64,000 nt of DNA from Phallusia mammillata (Eukaryota): NCBI GenBank assembly GCA_965637545.1, contig OZ281497.1, positions 18,972,001-19,036,000 on the forward strand. Direction: 5' to 3'. Of the stretch, positions 12,701-24,815 are shown piece after piece. Numbering within the stretch: position 1 is the stretch's first letter; every line of letters begins with the position of its first letter. The position numbers and the translations under genes were made by a program. The notes beneath the pieces are model-generated. The model saw only the letters and a program-made list of their open reading frames with translations. It had not been told where the DNA came from and did no database searches.

Positions 12701-15700
12701 ACCAACTTTAGCCTTAACCCAAAAAGTTTTGTCCGTATTGTTTTTGCATCATTATTGTCATATAGTTACAAAAAACAGTAAATAGGAACAGGAAAAATAC
12801 TTTTAAATTATTCTCATGCTTTGACCTTGATATTGTCGTTCAAGGTCAGTTTTTAAACACAATTATCCAAAACTTACAATGTGCTTGACAACTTAATAAA
12901 ACGACATAGCATAGCTGCGCAAAAACAGCTGATTTCTAATCACCGACACGACTGCCTCATAAAACGTCGGTCCGGACGTCAAGCTGAGCACTTCCGCTGC
13001 ATTCACCCGCCTTAATCGTAAACAAGTGAATTACTCCCTTGAGAGTTGAGACTTCTATCTGACTGAGAAAATGGTCACGTAACGACTGCGTTCATGCGTG
13101 AAGCAGAGGCATTTTTTTTCTATGCGCCACTATGGTCAATCACTCCCATTGCGTCAGCTGTGCACTGAGCGACAGGCAAATACGGTCATGACGTCATACG
13201 CATCGCCTGTCCCTGCAGTGACCCCGCAGCGTTAACGTTTACAGCGCAATACCACTAACACCGTATCATCTTAATTCCAACCAATGAGAAAATGGTCAAG
13301 TGACGACTGCGTTCATGCGTGAAGCAGAGGCATTTTTTCCATGTGCCACTATCGTTAATCACTCCCATTGCGTCAGCTGTGCACTGAGCGAGCACAAATA
13401 TGACAGAAGACAGCATGTAAAACCATATATTTACTATTACTGAGCCGATTGCACTGAAATTTTTACCAGCCAACAAGGAGCACCCTATCCACAGCTGTTA
13501 AAAATTTCAGCAGGTTAAGTCTTGTATTTCTGGCCTCAATAACATGTGAACAAACAAACAAATATTTGGGGGTAAAGGGGTGAAAATGGATATATACAAC
13601 TTCAAGTTACAAAATAGTTTAAAATACGCTGCAATGTACCAATCAAAACGTATGTAACTCCAGAAACATCTGCTTTAGTAAGTATAGCCGTTTTAAAAAT
13701 TTCACGTTTTGGGGGGCTGTGGGTGAACCAAGGGGTCAAACGGGGTCAAAATTCACATGGACCATCTTTTGACCAATATCTATAATAAGTGTAAATTTGA
13801 AAAAGTTTGAACCATTCTTTCTTGACCAAAATGTGGGAACAAATCTGCGTTAAAAAATTCACGTTTTGGGGGGCTGTGGGTGAACTGAGGGATCAAATGG
13901 GGTCAAAATTCACATGGACCATCTTTAGACCAATATCTATAATGTGTGTAAATATGAAAAAGTTTGAACCATTCTTTCTTGATCAAAACGTGGGAACAAA
14001 TCCGCGTTAAAATTTTTACGTTTTGGGGGGCTGTGGGTGAACTGAGGGATCAAATGGGGTCAAAATTCACATGGACCATCTTTAGACCAATATCTGTAAT
14101 GTGTGTAAATTTGAAAAAGTTTGAACCATTCTTTCTTGACCAAAACGTGGGAACAAATCTGCATTAGAAAGTGAAAAAAATAAAAAAAATATTATATATA
14201 TGTATAGAAAAAAACTTCAGGGAAGGGGACCCATAATAAGATACAATCAAGTGTTTTGTGTGGCAAACTTACAGGACTTCCATAGTGCCCAAGTGTTCAT
14301 ATACATAGTTTATTGTGGGGTTATGGATAATACATGACCAATTAATCAGCAACTATTTGTGTCAGGGATGTTATGTACTTATTTTGCATAATCTATAGTC
14401 CGTCAAACAGTTACTAATATTTGTTTCAAGACATTGAAAGAACTTGGAAAGGTATCTCCTATACAGTAAAAGGCACAATAAAAATGTCATAGCAACTAAA
14501 CAAGCTTAATGTTGTATAACATTGTCACAAACCAACATAATGCATGTAAAACAGAAAGGTTATCACAAAACACAACACAAACATTCTTACCTGATCCCGC
14601 CTCATGACAAGTCTGGATTTGTTGGTGGATTTATGACGCAGCACTTTCATGTCTCCAACTCCCCTTTCCTTCCACTGCTCATCATCCCATCTGAACAATC
14701 TACAACGTTCCAGGAAGAGAACTTCTTCATCTTCTTCTCCAGTTACAGTCTACAAGGATTTCAGGTTTTTTTAAAATAATAATTGGACAGAACATGATTT
14801 AAACAAAATACAAACAACAACAGTCATGAAAAATACGAAACAATTTTTTGTGACACCCTTTGTTTTTAAAGAAAGTAATGCTCAAACTACCACCCAAGTG
14901 CCTGTATGTGATTTAAATAGCAGAATAGTTACAAACAAAAACAAGTACCTCAACTTCGGGAAGGGACACAATTGGTTCAAAATGAGGTCCTGTGTCATTG
15001 TTGTTTGAAGTATCATTATCGGCATTCTCCAAAGCTTCCAGTTCCTGATTTTCTCGATCCATTTGTTCAGGTGATTGAAATTTGTGTTCGATACCTAAGG
15101 AAACAATGCATTTATGCCATTAAACAGTTTTGAGTTGTATTTACTAAATTTCACAACAATTTAATTCTATTTTCACTTTCCAACCTGATTTTGGAGTAAC
15201 AAATTTGGAAAGAAAATCAACATCCTTCTTGGGCACTTGTGGAGTTGGTTTTGAGGATGTGTCGGATTGCTATATAAAAGTTGCAAATAAAAACAGCAAC
15301 AACATGTGAATCAAAATTTCTTACCAAAAGCTGCTGGATTAATGATGATTGGCCACCTTTGGTTGTTGGGACTTGTTGTGAAGTATCAGTTGGAACCTTA
15401 AACAATTAATATAAAGCACTTTATATCCCATTTGGTTGCACTACAGTTATTTAACACTATTTTTTATCTTACTGAAGTTGTCCGCTGATTCCCTGTCAAG
15501 CTTGCATTTGATGGTGGTTGGATTTGGGGTTGAGTCTGTGGTTGAAATTGAGGTTTTGCTGGGGCTGAAACCGGGGAAGATGTGATACCTGCTAAAGCTG
15601 ATCCAAGTCTTTGTTGCAGTGCATCAGTACCTACAAATTCATTTTCTCGGTTCTAAAAAGTGGTACAGTATAACCTAAACTTTAAATACTTCATTCCCTT

Positions 15701-18700
15701 TACACTTTTTTATGTACCCATGGTTCAAGCAAGAACATTGTAAAAGCTGAATTTATGTCTCCAAGAAACTAATGCTCAAGCATTTTCAAAGATGGTGACC
15801 ACTCACAATATATACTTACTTGCTTTGTTTTGTAAACATGCAGCCAATACATTTGCCTGCTGGTTGTACCCACTGTTGGCTGGTTTAGGTTCTGGAGTGT
15901 ATGCAGCTCCAGTATATGCCTGGGGAGTTGCCATTGTTGGTACTGTATGTCCATTTATCATTGCTTCTGGAGTGTAAGATTGGTATTGGTAGTTGCTGTA
16001 GTATGCAGATGATGCTATAGGTGTGTACACAGCCTGCTGTTGAGCCTGCTGCTGCTGCATCAGTTGTGCTTGCTGTTGTAGCAGTTGCTGCTGTTGTAAT
16101 TGCTGCTGTTGTAATTGCTGCTGTTGTAACTGCTGCTGCTGTTGTTGGTATGCATTGATGTATGATGACTGGAAAGGTGTAAAAAGTAAAGAACCATTGT
16201 TTTATGATTTGAACAAAATAAATGTTGTAAAGTAACTGCAATGTGTTTGGTAGGTAACGTTTGCCCTTAAAATGAAATTTTGCTTCAGGAAAGTTGTTGG
16301 AACATTAGCAAATAATGTTGTTGGAACTTACTGTTTCAGCAGGTGTACTGATTCTACCATCCCTTCCTACTGAGGGATACATTGAACTCTGTTGGGGAAT
16401 GAATGATCGTTGTGGTGTTAATACAGGAGCAGGGCGAACAATTCCATCTTGCATTGTTTGGTACATTGGTGGAGTCATAGGCTGTCAAACATTGTAAAAC
16501 TTTCTTGCAAAAATGTATTATGGCAAGCAAAAACAAAAAAGTCTAAGATAGTCTTGAAACTCAATGCTTTAGAGGTTTTTTTTTTAATCAATAAAAAAAT
16601 TTTAAATGTAAGAAATGTTCTATTCTTTTGCAATTTGTTACACATCAAAATGTTCCTATCGAACTACAAAAAATAGAATTTGGCCAAATCATACAGAAAA
16701 ATGTTTTATACCATTGCCAAGTTTCCAAGGTGCTCTGGGTGGACAACACGCTGTGGTGTGGCATGAGCCTGTGATGTGAAGGAAGGTGATGCGGAGTACT
16801 GCCTGACTTTGCTTTCCTCACGGAGCTGACCCATTTCCAATTTCAGGCTTGATACTGCAGACTGAAATATTCGTCACAGGTTAGCAAATATGTAATGTGC
16901 CCACACACATAAATGCACTTTTAAATATCACCACAAACAACTCACTGTAAGTGTTGCAAGACTGTCGACAAGATTAGTGACAGAGTCTTTCTCCACTAAA
17001 CTTGATAGCACACTGTTCATCACAGAGTCATCCAGCTGTAAAATTGCATGTTAATGTACTGCACCACAAAAATACCTTTTCTATTTCCCTTTTTATTTGC
17101 AAATACCTTAGGTGTCGACTGTTTACTTGGTCCTGGCAAAATGGATTCATTGTTGGATTTATCCACTGCTAAAATAAAGAACATTTTTTTCTACTTTTTC
17201 CACAATGTACATTTACACAACTATGCACAAAACAGAAACAAACATGTTTAAAAACAGATGAAAAGTGTCTTAAATATAGTTGCCTATGGTAATACCTGGT
17301 CTTGGTGGAGTCATCTGCAATCCTGCTAACAAGCTCACAGTCCTCTCATGCAGCTTATCATCTGGGTGTTGTTGTAGTCTTGTCAAAGTCACCTCCAAGC
17401 AATGCTTGTACTAACAGAAACAAAAGCATAGATAAAAAGTTGAATTTGACTGTTGAAAAATTGGTCATTTTTGCCCTTTTTTATGTATTGGCTAGTAAAA
17501 TGGCTTAAGCTGTTACACAAGATACAGCATTATGCTAGGCCTACCGTACGTCCTCTTTTTGGAGGACATACCCTCCTTTTTACCGAAAAGCAAGTTCTCC
17601 TCCAAGGACAATAAAAAAATGTCAAAATGTCCTCCTTTTTGAATTATCTGCATTTACTAAAGATCTAAAAACCAATTGGGCCTTTAACATAGGTCAAAAA
17701 GCTTGAGTTATGGTCATTGTTAGTTGAAATTAACAATTTATAGTAAGTTAAACTTCATCCAAATTGGACTATAATATTTGACTGCGTTAAATTCATGAAA
17801 TCTCTTGTGCCTTTATTTTCGTTAGGCACAAAAGTAAGTGTTAATATTCTTTGTTGGGAATGTGTCCTCCTTTTTGGTGATGAAAATATGGTAGGCCTAC
17901 ATTATGCAAATTGTTGGCTCTTTCTTCTTGATAAAAAATATATATATTATGTTAGTCCACAACCTGTTTTTTACAAATATCTTGAAGCTTTTATCTGTTT
18001 TTTTTTTTTTTTGGGGGGGGGGTGTTATTGTTTCACTGCACATTAATTTACGTAGAGATTAGAGTCTGGATAAAAAAAAATGTACATTACAATTTTTCAA
18101 AAAAATTAAACCTTTTTGAAATATATTTCCTTTTGTTTTTCCCCATCAGATAGAGGATTTTGGGAAAGACTCGACTTAATAGCATTTTCAGATAACTTTT
18201 TGTAGATGTGTGCCTGAAAAGACAGTAACCATTTAAGCAACGCAGTAGAAAAAAATGTCTGCAGAAAAAATATACCTGACAAAAGGAAGCTTGTGGCATT
18301 GTGGCTTTGCCATAAAAGGTCAAAGCATCTTCAATTCTGTTTTCCTCTGCAGACAATTCACCATGACACATGTTGGCATCAGAAAGCAAGCTGATCAAAT
18401 ATATACAAGAACAAAATGTCAACGTAATGATTAACAGGTTTGGAATCAATATAATTGAGATAGGAGGACATAAATTCATAACTGGGATCAGCCCTGAAGC
18501 GTCTATGCAGACCAGCGATCACGGCACACTCATATATAAATCACAGTACGCCCGGCCCATTGAAGGAGCTATACCGAATCAGCCGGTCACCAAGCATTTA
18601 CCACCATATGGCAAGGTGTAGGCTAGAAAAATCTAGCCTGCGGTGGGATTCGAACCCACGACAGGAGTCTTTCCGGGACTCGTGCTCTACCAACTGAGCT

Positions 18701-21700
18701 ACACAGGCTCAGTGGAGAATTGTGCTCAGTGCTGATTCGGTATAGAGCCTTCAATGGGCCTGGCGTACTGTGAGATAGGAGGAAATAGAGACTACGGAAA
18801 TGAGAAACAGGAACTAAATTATACCCAATCACGGATAAACTCATAAACCAATTTAGGTTTATACTTTAAACACAAAAAGTTTGAACAAAAACAAATTTTA
18901 TAAACATGAACAAATCTCATACTTTAGCATGGCTATTCACACACATGGTCGTATTATTCATACTTGTGAAATAAAAATCAGAAATAAAGCTAATGTTTCC
19001 TAATATCTGCAGAATATATGTTACCTGGACGCATCATCACACTTTGGCTCCTGAAACACTTCAGGAAAGAGGGCATCTTTAGTTTTAGGTTTGTGCAACA
19101 CTCGTCCTTCTGTAGCTCGCTGCAGATCAGGTAGAACAAGAGACCAATACACAGCAGCTCGCCGCTGGTATGCAAACCAACCAGACGATATTCCACCCTC
19201 CTCCCGTAAAAGGAATGCCTATTACATCAAACATATCAGAATGATTCAAAATCAAAATCAAATTCATATTCTTAAATCTTTTTTTGCAGCGAAACTAACG
19301 ACTATATATTTTTTTCTAAATCACATACTTTAGATTCAAAATATTTGGCTAATTTTGTTGCAAGCACAGTTTGTAGTCCATGGTTTCCAATTCCACGAAT
19401 AGATTCAAGCCCTCTAAGCAATAGCGGTTTCATCTTTGATAGTTCAGCTGCAGACCTGAAGAAAGGAACATTAAAATTGTTTTGTGGGAGCATTATGGAT
19501 TTAACTCAAACTTACTGCTTTGGTTTTTCCTTTGCTGACAACACCATAGCTGCCTGCCACCACTTTTCCTACAAATATAAACAAGACGGTTACTAAACCT
19601 CGAACAAACAAATATTTATCAGTTATCTAGATTAATCTGGATTTATTTCCTGTTCAGGACTGATGATGCCATAATTTTTGGCTGATATCCGCAGTGGTTT
19701 GCAATAAAAAAAACACAGACTGTTTTGAGTGTGCTGAAATTGTCAGCTAAATAATGTCAATATGTATATGTAACTGGAATCGTCTGTTAACCCAACCGGA
19801 ATCAGGACAATTTCTGCATTAGTACATCTTTATCTTCAGTAATTACCTGTGACTCTGTTGTTAATTTCCGAATCAAAGTTGGGGGGCTTTCAAAACTTTG
19901 TCTTTTCTGATCCTGATAAGTTTCAGACCAAACTTCAATTTGCTTTTCAGTGGTGTATACACATGATGCAACAAATGCTTCTATATCCAACAAGCCAGTT
20001 GACAGCACCAAAGCACCACTGCATCGCAAAACATAATAATTGTAAATAACATTTAGTTATTAAAAATTCAAGTATAGATCAGGCTTTAAATATAATTTAA
20101 ATATTCAAGTATAGTATAACTATTGGTTAGTGAAAATGCACTAAAAGGATGGCCTTTATAATCATACCATTTCACATACTGTGTGGCCTATTTTGGAAAA
20201 TACATTCATTGTTTAAATTGAAGCCATTTTCTGGGGCTAGTAAGGAAGTTGCAAAGGAATTAATCGACCAGTAATTCCAAACCATAATTTTAACAACACA
20301 TATACAATAGAACATCACAGAAACATTTGATTTGCGGTTTGTAATGAAAAACATTTTTTATTGTTTGGGGACTAGCGAGTGCGAAAACTTAAGCTTTGGA
20401 ATGAAACAGATAGAACCACATTCATGAAAATGTACATCAATCTACAAGTCATGACTTGCAGTTTACCTCTTGACATCAGTGTTTGAAGCCAGGCGTAGTT
20501 TTGGAAAGAGTTGCTGCACCCAAGGTAAAAAGTCAGAAGGATGATCCAATTTGCACCACCGCACTCCCAGCCATACAATATTGTGTAAATTAGCACAAGA
20601 CGAAGAAACTGAAATGAAATAATGAAAACAAAAACTCATTTAAGTTTCACAAATAAATAGAATAAAAAACCCAACAAACTTTGATCAAAATAAAGCATGT
20701 CATCAATGGGAGGAATGGTAACTCTGTTTCGTGCAATTGCTTTTGAATTCCACAGAAATGAACACTGGGCATTGTGAGTTTCAGGCCAAAGATAGCGGCA
20801 CACATTTTGTCCAACCTACAAAATCAACCAAGCATTGTAAAAAAGAGACAACAAACCTGATGTGTGTTACTTTTCATACAACACAATGGCTAATTGTTAT
20901 TCTGAATTAAACGACGCTTGATTTAATTTGCAATCAACAGGGATGTGTTATACAACAATTGTTCCTAAAATATAACTTACAAAGTCCATGTTGATGTTTT
21001 GCAAAAGATTTTTTATGCCATTTCCTTGTTCCAGTATATGAACCATATGACTGCACTCGCTGATTCTCATACCAGCATTTCTCATTAATCTTGAGGGCAA
21101 ATTTGTATGAGCTCTTCTACAGTTTACAGCCCATGCAGTGGTCAAACCTGGTACTGGTTTGCTCAGACTGTAAGCATACAATATCCCACAAAGTCCTCTC
21201 CCTTCCAAGCTTGGTACCTGATTCTAGAATATGCACACAAAACAGAAATTAAATAAAAGCACAACAATAGAATCAATTCTGTAAGAAGTATCAATATTCA
21301 TAATATTTGTTTATCAAACAGTATATGATATGTTGGAATAAAACTAATTTAAAACAAAAATAATATTACCATATCAACTTGGTGCAGCATTAATGTTGCA
21401 GAAAGCCAAGCCAGTTGTGCCTTCATCTCTTCTTCCACTATATGCCATTCTCCACTAATGGATTGGGAAGCAGCCACATATGTCACTTCATCCAATCTAA
21501 AGAAATAAATATAAAAATAGTTGAGAAATATTCAGTGCAAATTTATCCAAAAATAAAACAATTCTAGAAAGAAGTAACCAATGATAAAGTTACATAAAAA
21601 AACCATCTACGCAAAGCTTTGTGTTGACAAACAATTATCTACTCTGATTGTATGAGTTTTGATTTATTATGGCATTATCAGCTTATGTTTTTGTTTTGAC

Positions 21701-23620
21701 TTACTGTTGCAGCAACTGAAAAGACTTTTCAAAGTTCTTGTCAGATATACAGAGTAGCAGGTACCGTGCCAGTGCTTCTAACAAAAGAAATCTTGGCACA
21801 AGCAGTTCATGTGCAGAAGTGGATTTTGCCTTTTTATTATCATAATAATCCTGCAAACAAAATGAAAAAGTCATTTATTGCCTGTTGCTATATAGCACAT
21901 ACTTTGTACCTGATAAGTGGAGACAATACAGGCACACCATTCTAAACCATTACAGAAGGAATGTGGTGACTGAATGTTATCTAAATCATTGCAGTATGCA
22001 TTTGCTGCGGATATGTTTCCTTGAGTCTACATTGTCAAAATAAACTTGTAAACAAATGATAGTAAGGTTTATGAAAAAAATTAATAAAACTTTGCCTTTA
22101 AAAAACTAATGTACTCCTCATGCAAAGAAAAATCATTATCTCTAAGCTTCATTTCTTCTTTGATTGCTTTCTCCAGGGTGGCTGGTGAAGCTTGTTGTGC
22201 AACAAGCAACTCCATCTATATGTATAAAATACAGACTGGAACATGGGTACTAACATGAATTTGGTTTTATCTGATACCTTTAATTTAAAAACATTTGGGT
22301 TTCCGGGTAATGCAGCAGCTGCCTTGTCAAGCCATACTTGGGCTCGATTAGGATTTTGAGTTGGTCCTGGATTGAGAAATAGTTCAACAATGTGCAATAC
22401 TAGTTGTGGCTGTAAAAAAAATCAGGATTGTTAAACCAATGTTTGAAATATTTTGCAGCAAAACCAACAAATCATGGTTGTATGGGTTTTATATTCCGCT
22501 AAAATTGCTCAACATGTCCCAAATCCAAACTGATTTTTTTCTTGATTCGTTTTTTTCTCTATTTTACATTTTTGGTTGTGCTTTAAATGGTGCCAACAAG
22601 TTCAACTCATAGTTATTCACCATCCCATCACTTGAAGAGCACAAATATATAAACAAACTAAACTAAAGCACTAAACTGGAATTTTTTAACCCAAAATTTT
22701 GCTCTGTTTTAGGGCTTAATTGAATAGAGTTTCAGATGTCAACATCAGGGATTTCAAAAGTCATGTTTGACTAAAAGATGTGTTTTCATTAGACCACAGA
22801 CATTTTATATTTGTTTACCTGACATTCTTAACTACATACCGGCAAGAAAATATGCAAAACAGTTGAACTGTCATGTTAAACCGCCCACCTGATAAGGTTT
22901 GATATGAAGTGACTGTTTGTAGCATTTTAATGCTAATTCATATTCTGACAACTTTTCATAGCACTCTCCAAGCAATCGATGGGCTTGAGGATCACGATCA
23001 TAAGCACGGAGGTATTTGGTAATCCACTGTGAAGCATTTTGGTAGTCACCAGCCTCATGCCACAATTGCCCAAAATGCAATCCCTTCAGTGGAAGCTTTA
23101 AAATAAAAACATCTTAATTTGTAATTCTACTGACTGAAAAAGTACGTACCAGTATCCAATTAAGTTTAGAAACAAATCAGGACAAATTTTGTATAACACT
23201 AAAAAATTTGTGACACAATTGGCAACAGAAATGCTATGTTACTGTCAAACAAAGTTACAAAATGCTGTTTTTGGTCGATATTAAAACATTAAATCATTTT
23301 TTTGTGTGATATTAAAACAAATACATTATCATATTCATTAATTTTCAAATGCAACAATATATATTTTCTCTGCATACATCTTTATGTGAGTTGAGTTTAT
23401 TTCGCTTGGTGAAAGACAACATAGTAACACAATAGCACTCAAACAATCACCATGCCGGAAAAATGTGACATCGACATGTTCATAAATTCGTAACGTCAGA
23501 ATTAATCAAAACGAAAGATAATAAAGCATGCCCAAAGTATTTCGTTACCTCACGTGGGTTGGAGTTTTTTATAGCCTTCTGAACTATTGAAGATACTTCA
23601 GAAACAGACATCGATGGCAT
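799..23620 (-). CDS. RANBP2: RanBP2/Nup358 nucleoporin, multi-exon, 3' end beyond the left edge of the window
   Basis: Exon 1 [24 protein letters not shown] (ATG 23620, donor after 23549) splices to [43 protein letters not shown], matching the RanBP2 N-terminal TPR region. Four RanBD starts (HFEP/YFEP..TGEE..WKERGVG), three RanBP2 zinc fingers, FG/FSFG repeats and the LPPHFY motif follow, with GT-AG boundaries in frame where checked. Last visible exon 799-890 starts a fourth RanBD. Confidence 0.95.
1135..1178. repeat. (AAAC)11 microsatellite in a RanBP2 intron
   Basis: Eleven perfect AAAC units. Confidence 0.95.
2708..3040 (-). mobile_element. Truncated copy of the inverted-repeat/tRNA-like element, interrupted by a hAT MITE
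   Basis: tcacagtacgcca..cgaatcagccggtcaccaagcattt..taggctagaa and cctgcggtgggattcgaacccacgacagga match 18541-18666. Confidence 0.8.
2773..2993. mobile_element. hAT (Charlie-like) MITE, 221 bp
   Basis: Termini ctgtggtcggcaac / gttgccgacccctg; perfect 8-bp TSD ggctagaa (2765-2772, 2994-3001). Confidence 0.88.
6804..6910. repeat. Perfect 23-bp inverted repeat around a 61-nt spacer (foldback)
   Basis: actgaaaactttgacaagtctga (6804-6826) and its exact reverse complement (6888-6910). Confidence 0.85.
7003..9090 (-). other. Three RanBP2-type zinc-finger exons (about 8945-9090, 8216-8370, 7003-7165)
   Basis: [40 protein letters not shown] and [20 protein letters not shown] fit W-x-C-x2-C-x3-N-x6-C-x2-C; each sits on its own exon. 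Confidence 0.92.
7468..7716. mobile_element. hAT (Ac-like termini) MITE, 249 bp
   Basis: Termini tagggatg / catcccta; perfect 8-bp TSD gtagttag (7460-7467, 7717-7724); internal ccgagcaccgagca repeats. Confidence 0.9.
9760..10635 (-). other. RanBP2 Ran-binding domain 2
   Basis: [24 protein letters not shown]|[29 protein letters not shown]...|[11 protein letters not shown]...[10 protein letters not shown]...EMFAVRF. Confidence 0.9.
11353..11712. mobile_element. MITE with CAGGG termini and an apparent 6-bp TSD, 360 bp
   Basis: TIR cagggttcccgc / gcgggaatcctg; gaaaag on both sides (11347-11352, 11713-11718); subterminal ttccat(g/a)actttt repeats. Confidence 0.8.
13064..13391. repeat. ~109-bp direct repeat, two copies (13064-13172, 13285-13391)
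   Basis: tgagaaaatggtca..gactgcgttcatgcgtgaagcagaggcatttttt..cactcccattgcgtcagctgtgcactgagcga in both copies. Confidence 0.9.
13696..14166. repeat. 157-bp tandem repeat, three copies
   Basis: Unit acgttttggggggctgtgggtgaac..ggggtcaaaattcacatggaccatc..aaaagtttgaaccattctttcttga..gtgggaacaaatc; near-identical ORFs at 13807 and 13964 are offset by 157. Confidence 0.93.
17536..17899. mobile_element. hAT-type MITE, 364 bp
   Basis: Termini taggcctacc / ggtaggccta; perfect 8-bp TSD cattatgc (17528-17535, 17900-17907); subterminal gtcctcctttt motifs. Confidence 0.9.
18541..18773 (-). mobile_element. 233-bp element with 43-bp terminal inverted repeats enclosing a tRNA-like gene
   Basis: 18541-18583 and the reverse complement of 18731-18773 are 40/43 identical; second partial copy at 2708-3040. 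Confidence 0.8.
18636..18708 (-). tRNA. tRNA-like sequence (atypical anticodon arm; likely element-borne or pseudo-tRNA rather than a decoding tRNA)
   Basis: GCCTGTG-TA-GCTC-AGTTGGTA-GAGC-AC-GAGTC-CCGGAAA-GACTC-CTGTC-GTGGG-TTCGAAT-CCCAC-CGCAGGC: all four stems pair, A and B boxes intact, TTTTT 4 nt downstream; one extra nt and C at position 33. Confidence 0.65.
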
Positions 23621-24291
23621 AATGGCAAATTTTTAGACAAAAGTAGATCTACGGCAGTCTGCCTTAGTAATACTGTGCATAATTTTGGTATATGTATTCT
23701 GTAAAACAAGCATATAGAGGTCATGATTTCTTATAAAGTGAAAAACTGAGTAAATCTACAACAACATGAAACGTGAAACCACAAGGGAACCTGTGTTTCA
23801 AGTCTTGCATTTGATATTTAATCGCGGTACTCGCGCGCTCATGGGATTTTAAATATCTAACATGATTTGCAATTTAAATGCATGCCGTCTGCGATGATTT
23901 TGTTTAACGCCTATCTCTTTGTGTCATGCTAAATTATCCCGGTAGCATTTGGGCGACAATTTTTGTAACTTTGCACACTTTTTACATTTCAGCATTCTGT
24001 TACTCATCAAACTGCAAGATTCTCGTATTTGTTTGTAAAAAGGGTTTATCCAAACTTCGAACACCATGACAGAAAGATTTGGTAAGAAACTGTAATAAAC
24101 GTTCATTTTTCTATTTCATACTGCAAACAATTAAAATGCCCTTTTTCTTATCGCTTGCCATCAACCTGTTCTGCGGAAAGCAAAATGTTTTCATAACTAT
24201 TTTACTGTCTCTACTGAAGAACCCACTTTTTAAATTGATGTTTTTAACTGGGATCAATGTATACCTATTTTTTCCCAATCAATACCCAAAC

Positions 24292-24815
24292 CAGGGATGG
24301 TGAACCTTTTTAGTTGAATTGGTCATATATGAGATCATAAATCGGAAAGAAAACAAAGTGGGTCACAGATTTTATTACACTACAATGAGAAGCTTGTTGC
24401 TGCATATTCTCTACAAATCTTGCAATCCTAGGTAGTTTTCAGCTTATTACATGCAGCAGTCATATCTGAGCTAAGACGATTCCTGGCACTTGATTTTACC
24501 AAATTTATGTGTGAAAACAAGGATTCGCATGAATATGTGGAACTGAACAGCGTCAACAGAGTTACAACAAATCGTTCCGAGTTGTTTGTTTAAATAAACA
24601 TGTCTCTTGCCTCAGAATTGACTAAACAATCTGCATTTTAAGACAATAGGCAATCTGGCAAAGGGCTTTAATTTAATTGTGTTGCTTTTTAATCTTGGAA
24701 GTCTGGTAACCCTGCCTATAGTAATCAGTATAAATTTTAAAAAACTACAAGTGGGTCACTAAAATTCACATGGCGGGTCACTTCGTGACCGCGGTTCAGT
24801 GGTTTGCCATCCCTG
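24292..24815. mobile_element. hAT MITE, 524 bp, between RanBP2 and MyD88
   Basis: Termini cagggatgg / ccatccctg; TSD acccaaac / acctaaac (7/8). Confidence 0.85.

Larger units (their letters stand above)
12470..14240 (-). mobile_element. Probable non-autonomous Helentron/HINE-like element with internal tandem array
   Basis: ggggacccataataag at 14225-14240 is inverted relative to atgggtcccc at ~12488 and ~12620, each next to a short palindrome; internal 157-bp x3 array and 109-bp direct repeat. Confidence 0.5.
12060..15000 (-). other. RanBP2 Ran-binding domain 1 (split by a ~2.3 kb intron)
   Basis: [14 protein letters not shown]|[53 protein letters not shown]|VHKVCCNH...[21 protein letters not shown]. 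Confidence 0.9.

Noticed and set aside
13696-14166. Regular repeats as a CRISPR-like array or as coding repeats (ORFs 13807 and 13964)
   Set aside because: Contiguous 157-bp tandem units with no unique spacers, eukaryotic intron context, no cas genes; the ORFs are by-products of the repeat
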